Below are positions 8,988-17,484 of a stretch of 64,000 nt of DNA, piece by piece; position 1 is the stretch's first letter, and the number at the start of each line of letters is the position of its first letter. The notes below the pieces were generated by a model. That model searched no databases. It had not been told where the DNA came from and saw only the letters and a list, made by a program, of their open reading frames with translations. A program made the translations under genes and the position numbers. The stretch lies in IMG/VR virus record IMGVR_UViG_3300045988_087402; one strand, given 5' to 3'. This stretch comes from a virus.

Positions 8988-11348
8988 ATGATATATAATC
9001 TTCAAAATATAATTCCATTAGGAGTTCTTGATTATGGAATATATCCTAATAAAGATAGACGTCCGATAATATATTTATATTATCGTCCTAATGGAGATTT
9101 GATGATGTATCGTACAAAAGATGAAATTGAAGTTAATTTAACTAATAGTTCATCTTACGATACTAATATTTTATTTAGAGTTACTGATAAAGATTCTATA
9201 TTTGATAATGATATTACTTGTTTTGAATCTCGTCCTATAGATGTTGATAAAGCTACATATAAATTTGAATATGTAAAAGATAAAAGTGGTTATATTTATA
9301 TTCTTGTACCTGCTATTTATAATACACATTCTATATTTATAAATAATGAAGATGCTACAGATTTATTTAGTTTTGAAGGAGTTTATGAACATGTAATAGA
9401 ACATATTCGTGATAAAGAATATAGATATTATTATGTTTATAGAACTACTAATAAACGAGATATAACAGATGATTTAACTGTAACATTATTAATTAATAGA
9501 ATTACTGAAAATGAAGTAAGTCTTATAGTTAAACATATTAATGATTTTAATGACCCGCATCATACTATAGATAAGATTCTATCAATGAATCTTTTTTCTG
9601 CTATAAATTGGCAAGAATTACCGGGTAATCCAACTGTTATAAATTTAGATATAATACGTGGTACGGAAGAACAAATAAATAATGTACCTTTAAGGGATAA
9701 ACAATTTCTTTTTGATACAACTAATAGAATCTTTTATGTAGATAGTGCTACAGAACGTATTCCGTATGGTAATTATAAAGAGATTGATACTACTGGATTT
9801 ATAAGGTCGTCTCAAATAACACGTATAGAATTTGTAGATAGCGGATATGTTCCTCAACAGGATGATTTTATATTATATCTTGAAATACCGGGTTATCCTA
9901 CTATAACAGTTGATATACATAATTTATCAATACCTAATACAGGAGGTACTTATACAGTTAATGTATCTTCTAATACTTTTTGGACTGTTTTCGGAGGTGT
10001 TTATAATACTTCTTCTGGAAATTATGAATTATATTGGTCTTCTAAAAAATCTACTATTTTAATAAAACCTTCTAAAACTCCTATACAAAAAGGTTCTTCT
10101 TATTATATAGAAGGTGATTGTCGTATGGATATTGTAATAGATAAAAATGATACGACAAATTCTTATTCAAATGTTATTAGTTTTATAACCGAAGATTATG
10201 GTGTTAAAGCTAATGTAGATTTAACTCAAGAAGCAGGTGAAGAACCGGAACCTGAATATTATCTTTATATAAATTTGGCAACTATTGATGTTACTGATTC
10301 TGCAAAATCTATAGTTGTTAGTACAAATACATCTTTTGAAATAGTTGATTCTTATAAAGAGGGAGATTATTATTATATAAATTGGGGTAGTTCTAATACA
10401 GATAGGATTCGATTGTATCCGAGTAAACCTGTATTAGAAGGTAGTATGACTTTTACAATAGATTCTAATCCTAATACGGAAGAAAATGATAGAAGTAAAA
10501 CTATTAGATTCCGTACTATTGTAGATGATTCTATATATAGAACACTTAAAGTTAATCAATATTATGAAGCTCCTACTTTATATCTTAATGTTCAACCTAA
10601 AAGTTTAAATTATACTTCTGATGGTAGTACGCAATCTGTAAATGTATCTTCTAATACTGATTGGACAATTCTTAATTCTATATTTGAATCTCCTAATAAA
10701 TTTACAATTAATCAAACTTCTACTGGAAATAAAATAACTATTATATCTAATGTTAATCCTGTTAATTCTGAAGGAAAATATTATATTAATGGAGATGCTA
10801 AACTTCAAGTTACTGTTCCTGCTACAGAAAATAATTCTGATACAGTAACTAATGTAGAAATTAAATCTAAAGATAATACACTAACTGATAATTTTGGTAT
10901 AAATCAGTCTGGTAAAACTATTGAATATTATATTAGAGCTACTCCTACTGATATAGAATTAACAGATACTAATAATCGTACTATTACAATAAGTAGTAAT
11001 GCTTCTTGGAAAATAAGTGATATATATGATTTTGTTAAACAGGATGATGGTACTTATAAATATGATTTAGATGCTGTAGAAGGAGCTTCTTTAATTATTA
11101 CTCCGAGTAAAGAAGATTTATCTGGTAATATGACTCTTCAAATTAAATCTACAGTTAAAAGTTCGGGTCTTAATGCTACATCTCTCGGTTTAACATTTGA
11201 ATTAATAAATGATAGTTCTAAGAAAGCTGTTGTCGATGTATCATTTAATATGGAAGATGAACCAGAACCTCCTATGTTAGATGGTATAGATTATATGCAA
11301 ATTGAAGGTGATGGTATTGAACATCCTATATTTAGAGTAGCTGATTAA
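8988..11348 (+). CDS. BACON-domain repeat protein (carbohydrate-binding, virion-associated)
   Basis: 786 aa. Recurring VNVSSNTxWT / ITISSNASWKI / TIRFRTI motifs typical of BACON repeats. crAssphage is known to encode a BACON protein in this position. Confidence 0.55.
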   Translation: MIYNLQNIIPLGVLDYGIYPNKDRRPIIYLYYRPNGDLMMYRTKDEIEVNLTNSSSYDTNILFRVTDKDSIFDNDITCFESRPIDVDKATYKFEYVKDKSGYIYILVPAIYNTHSIFINNEDATDLFSFEGVYEHVIEHIRDKEYRYYYVYRTTNKRDITDDLTVTLLINRITENEVSLIVKHINDFNDPHHTIDKILSMNLFSAINWQELPGNPTVINLDIIRGTEEQINNVPLRDKQFLFDTTNRIFYVDSATERIPYGNYKEIDTTGFIRSSQITRIEFVDSGYVPQQDDFILYLEIPGYPTITVDIHNLSIPNTGGTYTVNVSSNTFWTVFGGVYNTSSGNYELYWSSKKSTILIKPSKTPIQKGSSYYIEGDCRMDIVIDKNDTTNSYSNVISFITEDYGVKANVDLTQEAGEEPEPEYYLYINLATIDVTDSAKSIVVSTNTSFEIVDSYKEGDYYYINWGSSNTDRIRLYPSKPVLEGSMTFTIDSNPNTEENDRSKTIRFRTIVDDSIYRTLKVNQYYEAPTLYLNVQPKSLNYTSDGSTQSVNVSSNTDWTILNSIFESPNKFTINQTSTGNKITIISNVNPVNSEGKYYINGDAKLQVTVPATENNSDTVTNVEIKSKDNTLTDNFGINQSGKTIEYYIRATPTDIELTDTNNRTITISSNASWKISDIYDFVKQDDGTYKYDLDAVEGASLIITPSKEDLSGNMTLQIKSTVKSSGLNATSLGLTFELINDSSKKAVVDVSFNMEDEPEPPMLDGIDYMQIEGDGIEHPIFRVAD

Positions 11349-11360
11349 ATTATTAATATT

Positions 11361-11573
11361 ATGTATTCAATAGATATTTCCAAAGTTACAGCTATACATT
11401 TCAATAAACAAGATGTTATTCGTGTATGGTTTAATGGGGAAATAGTTTGGGATAAATTTCGTAGTGGAGTTTATCTTCGGGCTTCTCCTACTAATATTCT
11501 TCTCAGTGAAGAAAATGATTATAAAGCTAATGTTGATATAGAATCTAATACAAATTGGACGTTTAACGATTAA
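11361..11573 (+). CDS. BACON-like fragment ORF (same frame as 8988-11348, separated by a single TAA)
   Basis: 70 aa ending in IESNTNWTF. In-frame with the upstream ORF and only 12 nt after its stop. Confidence 0.35.
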   Translation: MYSIDISKVTAIHFNKQDVIRVWFNGEIVWDKFRSGVYLRASPTNILLSEENDYKANVDIESNTNWTFND

Positions 11574-11581
11574 AAAAAAAA
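11572..11581 (+). repeat. A10 homopolymer tract between BACON ORFs
   Basis: gat taa aaaaaaaa att ATG. Ten consecutive A immediately after/overlapping the stop of 11361-11573 and 2 nt before the ATG of 11584-12219 (frame +1). Confidence 0.9.
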
Positions 11582-11583
11582 TT

Positions 11584-12219
11584 ATGGCAATTCCGAGTAA
11601 TCTTACTGTAACACCTTTTGAAGGTAATGGTAATACCACTATAAGTATTACTTCTAAAACAAAACCTACAGGTCGTAATAATGTAACACGTAGTATAACG
11701 GGTAAAATTGTAGGGCAATCTAATAGTGTTACAATTAATGTTACAGAAAAAGGTAAAGCTGAATTTGTTACTTTTTCTGGAAAAGATAAAACAGTACATG
11801 TTGGAGAAAACGGTGAAACTATTGAAATAACTGGTACTTCTAATAGTTCAAAACTGACTTTTTCTTGGAGTACCAATAAAATTGGTATTCCGAATGTAAC
11901 TTCGTTTACAGTAAATAGTGATACTTCTGCTACAAGTGGTACTGCTATTAAAGGAGACCCTGGTGCAACAGCTCAATATACATTTAAAGTTTCTATAGTT
12001 GTTCCCAAAAATAATACAACTGATAATAGAGATTCTGTTTTAAAAGTTACTTGTAATACAACTTCTATAACAGACAATTTTACTATAAGTCAGATGGCAG
12101 GTGCAGCTTATCTGTATTTAAATTCAACAGGAACTACCACAGCTTCTATTACAATTCCTCAAGAAGGTACTTCACAAACTGTCAATGTATTATCTAATAC
12201 AAATTGGACATTTGAATAA
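11584..12219 (+). CDS. BACON/Ig-like repeat protein
   Basis: 211 aa, Thr/Ser/Asn-rich, ends with VLSNTNWTFE, the same motif as the upstream ORFs. Confidence 0.45.
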   Translation: MAIPSNLTVTPFEGNGNTTISITSKTKPTGRNNVTRSITGKIVGQSNSVTINVTEKGKAEFVTFSGKDKTVHVGENGETIEITGTSNSSKLTFSWSTNKIGIPNVTSFTVNSDTSATSGTAIKGDPGATAQYTFKVSIVVPKNNTTDNRDSVLKVTCNTTSITDNFTISQMAGAAYLYLNSTGTTTASITIPQEGTSQTVNVLSNTNWTFE

Positions 12220-12228
12220 TAAACTATT

Positions 12229-12945
12229 ATGACAGGTGTTGTTAATATAAATTATGAAAATGCAAATGATTATTTAACTGGTAATTATCATACTATAAAA
12301 TATAATAAAATAGTATTAAAACTTTCGGGAGTTAGTGCTTTAATTAATGTTAATGCTTATATAAATCTAAATACATCTGCTTTAAATCTAACTTCCGGAG
12401 AAAAGTTCTATGTAGCTATTAAGTTTTATAGTATACTTACAACAAGACGTGTAACTCTTACACATAATAAAACATCAAGTAATATAGATAATATAAGAGT
12501 TCCATATATTGTATATAATAATTCTTTGAGTTGTTTTTATTGTACAGCTTATAATTCTACATCACAATCTATTTGTATTAATAATTTAGGACAACAAATT
12601 CCTCACCCGGATGATACATCTAATAGTAAAATGTATGTTTATATTGATTCAATAACGGTTTATAGTCAAGCTACATTTGAAAATAAATATAAACAATATC
12701 TTTGGTATCCGGATGAATCTACACAATCTTCTAAATATAGAAATATGTTATATATCGGATATAAATCTGGAAATGGAGATGCTATAGAAAATATAATATG
12801 TTCTGATAATGATAGTATACAAGATAGAACTATGACTTTAAAAATTAAAACTACAGATGGAACTATAACTCGTACTATTACAATTAATCAACCTTTTACA
12901 GGAATAGGTAGGCTAAAAATAGGTACAAATTTTATAATAAGATAA
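12229..12945 (+). CDS. hypothetical protein (tail-fibre region)
   Basis: 238-aa ORF. Confidence 0.3.
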   Translation: MTGVVNINYENANDYLTGNYHTIKYNKIVLKLSGVSALINVNAYINLNTSALNLTSGEKFYVAIKFYSILTTRRVTLTHNKTSSNIDNIRVPYIVYNNSLSCFYCTAYNSTSQSICINNLGQQIPHPDDTSNSKMYVYIDSITVYSQATFENKYKQYLWYPDESTQSSKYRNMLYIGYKSGNGDAIENIICSDNDSIQDRTMTLKIKTTDGTITRTITINQPFTGIGRLKIGTNFIIR

Positions 12946-12957
12946 AATGAATTTGAT

Positions 12958-13476
12958 ATGTCACAAAAAAATAAAAGCGATTTAAAAAAAATGTTTGTTT
13001 CTCAAGCTATTCCAACAGAATCTAATTTTTCTGATTTAATAGATAGCGTACAAGCTACATTAGTGGCTAATGGAAATATTAAATTAAGTAATAGAAGTAA
13101 TGGTTCAGTAGAAATTAGTGCAGAAATCCCGGAACCGGAACCTGTAATTCCTAAATTTATTAATCAATTTCTTATTAATGGGCCTACTCCTATTTATGAT
13201 GGTGATGGAGTTCCATTTTTTATACAATCGGCTATTGACCTAACTATTGCATTACAAAGTACAATTCATTATAAAAATCTTCCCGACGGCTCTATTGTAC
13301 TTCTTGTAAATAGTGGTAAAACAAATAGTCAATGTGCAATTAATATAGATAATACAATATATCAATCTTCAAGTAATGATTTTCTTTGTGTAGTCTTATT
13401 AGTTGTTCATCGTAATTCAAGTGGTAGTACACAAGATTTTGTACATCAAGTAATAATAGGTGAAAAATTAAAATAA
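12958..13476 (+). CDS. tail-fibre-like protein, paralog A
   Basis: The N-terminal ~60 aa are paralogous to the next ORF (..PTESNFSDLIDSVQATLVANGNIKLSNRSNGSV..). The C-terminus is divergent. Confidence 0.4.
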   Translation: MSQKNKSDLKKMFVSQAIPTESNFSDLIDSVQATLVANGNIKLSNRSNGSVEISAEIPEPEPVIPKFINQFLINGPTPIYDGDGVPFFIQSAIDLTIALQSTIHYKNLPDGSIVLLVNSGKTNSQCAINIDNTIYQSSSNDFLCVVLLVVHRNSSGSTQDFVHQVIIGEKLK

Positions 13477-13478
13477 TT

Positions 13479-14018
13479 ATGGCACAAGTAACTAAGACAG
13501 TATTAAAGACTTATTTTAATACAGGAGATTTACCAACAGAATCTAATTTTATAGATTTAATAGATAGCTCACAATCTACTTTAGTAGCAGGTGATAATAT
13601 TTCTTTAACTTCTCAGAGTAACGGTAGTGTTAAGATTGATGCAAACGTTAGTAATAACGGAATTATTACTACTTTTAATAATAGTAATGAATTAGCTACT
13701 GTTTTAAAATCATTTACAAATAATTCTACTCCGGGTATTGCAGTATATATTCCTGTAAATGGTTCTTCGTACATCGGAACTTGGGATTTTAGTGATTTGA
13801 CAGCACCTTTAGGAACAATTGTTATAATACAAGAAACCCGAAATGCTATAGCAAATCCGGGACTTACATTAAATGGATTGGGTATTATTAAGAGAACCCA
13901 ACGTTTATTATCCGTTAAAATTAGTTCTATATCCACTATGGCAGCTGCTATTATAATTAGAACTTTTCGAGCATGGGAAATTGTAGGTAGCGTTGGAGAA
14001 GTACAAGCCGCTAATTAA
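13479..14018 (+). CDS. tail-fibre-like protein, paralog B
   Basis: N-terminus ..PTESNFIDLIDSSQSTLVAGDNISLTSQSNGSV.. matches paralog A. The C-terminus is unrelated. Confidence 0.4.
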   Translation: MAQVTKTVLKTYFNTGDLPTESNFIDLIDSSQSTLVAGDNISLTSQSNGSVKIDANVSNNGIITTFNNSNELATVLKSFTNNSTPGIAVYIPVNGSSYIGTWDFSDLTAPLGTIVIIQETRNAIANPGLTLNGLGIIKRTQRLLSVKISSISTMAAAIIIRTFRAWEIVGSVGEVQAAN

Positions 14019-14028
14019 ATTGATTATC

Positions 14029-14058
14029 GAAGTGGAGGATTTAATAGTCCTCCACTTC
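14029..14058 (+). terminator. stem-loop gaagtggagga / tcctccacttc (11-bp perfect stem) followed by T-rich tract
   Basis: Read directly, 11 nt after the stop of 13479-14018. ctttataaatt follows. Confidence 0.55.
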
Positions 14059-14133
14059 TTTATAAATTATTTCTTTGGCTAATTAAATAATAATCGTATA
14101 TTTATACCAACACCTAATTATTCTATCGGATTT

Positions 14134-14454
14134 ATGGATACAATAGAAACTTTTATTTCTCCTTTCTATATTATTTCTAATAATCTTATAATTTATATTA
14201 TTATAAATAATATAGAATATTATATAAAAAATGTTAAACATAAAGATTATCTAAAAACTGTTTATAAAAAGATAATAACTATTATAATTTCTATTATTAC
14301 AAGTATTATAGCTGTTATTATATTCGATAAAGATTTAGAAGCTATTGTTACTTCCGCTTTATTAAGTATTGTATTTTATGATTATATTGTTAAGTATATT
14401 ATTAAAGGTGTAAAAAACAAAACTTCTAAATATAATAAGAATGGTGATAAGTGA
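14134..14454 (+). CDS. small multi-pass membrane protein (holin-like candidate)
   Basis: 106 aa with 2-3 strongly hydrophobic Ile-rich segments and a charged C-terminus. Confidence 0.3.
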   Translation: MDTIETFISPFYIISNNLIIYIIINNIEYYIKNVKHKDYLKTVYKKIITIIISIITSIIAVIIFDKDLEAIVTSALLSIVFYDYIVKYIIKGVKNKTSKYNKNGDK

Positions 14455-15037
14455 TGTTATTATAGTAGCTATTATTACAGGTTGTTTTATGTTAGCTAAT
14501 ACATATCTTAGTAAAGAACATAAAAGTAAACGTAGTAGAATATCTAAATTAGATAAGAGTTTATATTATATAGAATTAGATAAGATTTGTTTTAATATAA
14601 GAAATGCTTTAAAATGTGACGGAGTTTATATAGCTTATTTCCATAATGGCGGTAACTTTATAAATGGAATATCTATGGATAAATATAGTGTAGTAGGTGA
14701 GGATTATTCTCCTAATTTAAATTCTTATAAAGCTATATATAAAGATAAATTAGTTAATAATTTTCCTTATTTATTTCATAATTTAATTGTAGCTAATAGA
14801 CATTGTATAACTTCTACTAAAGATTATACTTTTCATGATAAGATGTATCGTGATGAATTAAATAATAGAAATATTAATTCCGCTTATAGTTATTTAATTA
14901 AAGACCCTATTAAGAAAACACCTATCGGTTTTGTTTCTTTAGAATATATTCAAAATGTTACATTAAATGAAACTGATGAAAGATTTATATGGAAGTATCA
15001 AAATGATATAGCGAATATTCTTAATATGGGTAAGTAA
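14441..15037 (+). CDS. N-terminally membrane-anchored protein
   Basis: 198 aa. Residues ~3-23 are hydrophobic (VISDVIIVAIITGCFMLANTYL), followed by a soluble domain. Overlaps the upstream ORF. Confidence 0.3.
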   Translation: MVISDVIIVAIITGCFMLANTYLSKEHKSKRSRISKLDKSLYYIELDKICFNIRNALKCDGVYIAYFHNGGNFINGISMDKYSVVGEDYSPNLNSYKAIYKDKLVNNFPYLFHNLIVANRHCITSTKDYTFHDKMYRDELNNRNINSAYSYLIKDPIKKTPIGFVSLEYIQNVTLNETDERFIWKYQNDIANILNMGK

Positions 15038-15055
15038 CAAATTAATAAACAAATT

Positions 15056-15748
15056 ATGGCAACTCTTAATCAACTTTCTTCTCGAATAGTTAATATGATT
15101 GGACAACCAGACAATCATGAATTACGAGAAAGAGTAAAAGATATGTTTAAAAATATATTTGCTAAATATATTAGACAATCTTCTGAAAGACACGGAATAG
15201 ATGAAATACTTACTTTAAGTTTTATAGCTTCTATAGATGAATTAGATTATGACACAATAAGACCTTCTAAATATAGAATACTTAATAAAAGAAAATTAAT
15301 AGGAACTGTAAATAAATTACCGGTTCCTATTCGTATTTTTAATGATTCACCATATCTTTATGTAGGAAGTGTTAATGGAGAGGCATACAAATATATAAAT
15401 AATCCTACAGAACTTGTATTTCAAAATAGTTTATTCCCTCCTAATGAAACTATATGTTATGTTATAGAAAATGGTAGAATATTATTATATAAACCTGATA
15501 ATAAAAATACTCTTATTGATGATAGACGTTCTATTAATGAAATTATGATTAAAGCTGTATGGGAGAATCCTGAAGAAATATTAACTATGTTTGAAGATAA
15601 TGATGGACAAGATATAGAACTTCCATTTCCAAGTGATATGATAGAGACAGCAATATTTGAATTATTAAAAGTAGAATTTAATATAATATCTCGTGATAAT
15701 GATATTAAATTAAAAGAAGATGTAACTTATAAGCAAAATGCTAATTAA
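15056..15748 (+). CDS. hypothetical protein
   Basis: 230-aa ORF. Confidence 0.3.
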   Translation: MATLNQLSSRIVNMIGQPDNHELRERVKDMFKNIFAKYIRQSSERHGIDEILTLSFIASIDELDYDTIRPSKYRILNKRKLIGTVNKLPVPIRIFNDSPYLYVGSVNGEAYKYINNPTELVFQNSLFPPNETICYVIENGRILLYKPDNKNTLIDDRRSINEIMIKAVWENPEEILTMFEDNDGQDIELPFPSDMIETAIFELLKVEFNIISRDNDIKLKEDVTYKQNAN

Positions 15749-15784
15749 AAAGATATATAAATTGATTGTAAAAAGAGGGATTAA

Positions 15785-15820
15785 CGAATTTCGGAATACC
15801 TCTCGCCCTTGTGGCCATTA
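15785..15820 (+). repeat. GC-rich element copy A (cgaatttcggaatacctctcgcccttgtggccatta), forward
   Basis: One of six copies of a ~35-bp GC-rich repeat. Solo copy in an intergenic gap, ~65 nt upstream of the ATG at 15885. Confidence 0.85.
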
Positions 15821-15884
15821 AACTGTATTTCAAACTATATAACATACTGTATATCCAATTATATTTAATATTATATTTAATACT

Positions 15885-16748
15885 ATGTTTCTAATTAATT
15901 CAAAACCCAAAGCTCAAAATAAACTAAAAGGTTCTCAAACTGATTATTTTTATAATGATTTTATTTATGAAGCTACTCTCAAATTGGATAGATATATTAG
16001 GCATTTACATTTAGCTTATACTAAACGTATAGAATTAATTAATATAATAGATAAAAATAAAGATTTTTATAATAATATAGGTATTGATATATCTCCTATT
16101 TATAATCCAGATTATTTTGGTACTATAAAATATGATAAAAAACAATATAATTCTAATCTTTTAAAAATGTCTTTTATAAAAAGTTATAACAATATTAATT
16201 ATTATAAGATACATTTTCTTGATAGAAAGATTAAAACATATAATATAATCAGACAGATACCTCGTCAAGTTTATGTTAATCTTCAAAAAGAATATAATTC
16301 AGAAGTTGCATCTTTTATATTAAAAGGCAATTCATTTAGTATAGGTAATGGTTTAGGATGTCTCAAATTAGATGTCTTTAGAAATCCGAGAGGAAATACT
16401 TCTAAAACTATTGACTGGAAGTCTTCATTAAAACTTAAAAAAGAACTTGAAGATGCGGGTTATGAAGTTATGTCTAAAGATAATCCACATGGTATGCAAT
16501 ATGTTCTTTTTTATGATAATACATATTGTAATACATGGCTTCATTGGGAACGACGTAATTCTAAAATTGTTCATAAATGGTATTATAAATTTGTATTCGC
16601 ACAGAATAATAATTACTCTATAACTGCACTTAAATATAATGATATAGAAGAGATATTCAATGATAAACGAATTGGTATAACAGAACGTTTGTCAGCTATT
16701 AATATATACTATCCCGAACATATTAAAAAATTAATGAAATATGAATGA
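15885..16748 (+). CDS. hypothetical protein
   Basis: 287-aa ORF immediately downstream of element copy A. No recognisable motif. Confidence 0.35.
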   Translation: MFLINSKPKAQNKLKGSQTDYFYNDFIYEATLKLDRYIRHLHLAYTKRIELINIIDKNKDFYNNIGIDISPIYNPDYFGTIKYDKKQYNSNLLKMSFIKSYNNINYYKIHFLDRKIKTYNIIRQIPRQVYVNLQKEYNSEVASFILKGNSFSIGNGLGCLKLDVFRNPRGNTSKTIDWKSSLKLKKELEDAGYEVMSKDNPHGMQYVLFYDNTYCNTWLHWERRNSKIVHKWYYKFVFAQNNNYSITALKYNDIEEIFNDKRIGITERLSAINIYYPEHIKKLMKYE

Positions 16749-17484
16749 TTCAGCTGTTTATATAAATAGTAAAGTTCTTATTGCAGAACTTTATAATGAT
16801 TATAATATACAATCTTCCGATTTTATTCAGAGATTTCCAATATGGTGTGCTAATGCTTTAGGGTATTTAAAAATACATCAAGCATATGTTGATAATGAAA
16901 TTAAAGGTGATATTATAAATAATATGTTTCAACTTCCTGATTATTGTCGAGGGGTTGATTCTGTTATTATAAATAACGTAGAAGCTACTTTAAAGTTTAG
17001 TCTTTTTGATAAAGATTCTACTTCAACAATTAATCATATTCCAGCTTTATCTCCAGTTGGAGATTTTAATAAATCTGATATAACAGATGTTATTGAATCT
17101 CCTATTGTAAAAGAAAATAATGTTAAAGATAAACCTGTGTATTGGGTTTCTAATAATTGGATACATACTAATATAAATCATGGAGATATAGTAGTAAGAT
17201 ATAGAGCTATACCTTATGAATATGATAGTGAAACTAATATGACATTTCCTCTTATATATAATGATGAACTTCTTAAATTGGCTATTAAATTATATGTTTT
17301 AAAAATGATGCTTAATCGAGGTTATGTTCATCCTATACAAAATCTTAAAGATAATAATCCTTTTACTAATCCAGCTCTTTATCTTGAACAAATTAGATTT
17401 AAAGTTAGAACTTCTTGTAATAAATTTACTAAAGATAGAAGAGAAATATTAGCTAATATTAATACGACAATGTTATGGAAATAA
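16741..17484 (+). CDS. hypothetical structural protein
   Basis: 247 aa. Start overlaps the upstream stop (ATGA-type coupling). Confidence 0.35.
   Translation: MNDSAVYINSKVLIAELYNDYNIQSSDFIQRFPIWCANALGYLKIHQAYVDNEIKGDIINNMFQLPDYCRGVDSVIINNVEATLKFSLFDKDSTSTINHIPALSPVGDFNKSDITDVIESPIVKENNVKDKPVYWVSNNWIHTNINHGDIVVRYRAIPYEYDSETNMTFPLIYNDELLKLAIKLYVLKMMLNRGYVHPIQNLKDNNPFTNPALYLEQIRFKVRTSCNKFTKDRREILANINTTMLWK

Noticed and set aside
8988-13476. Diversity-generating retroelement targeting the BACON/fibre genes
   Set aside because: No reverse transcriptase ORF (no YxDD-containing RT-like protein) and no obvious template/variable repeat pair with adenine-specific differences could be found by eye. 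Cannot be fully excluded without a repeat search.
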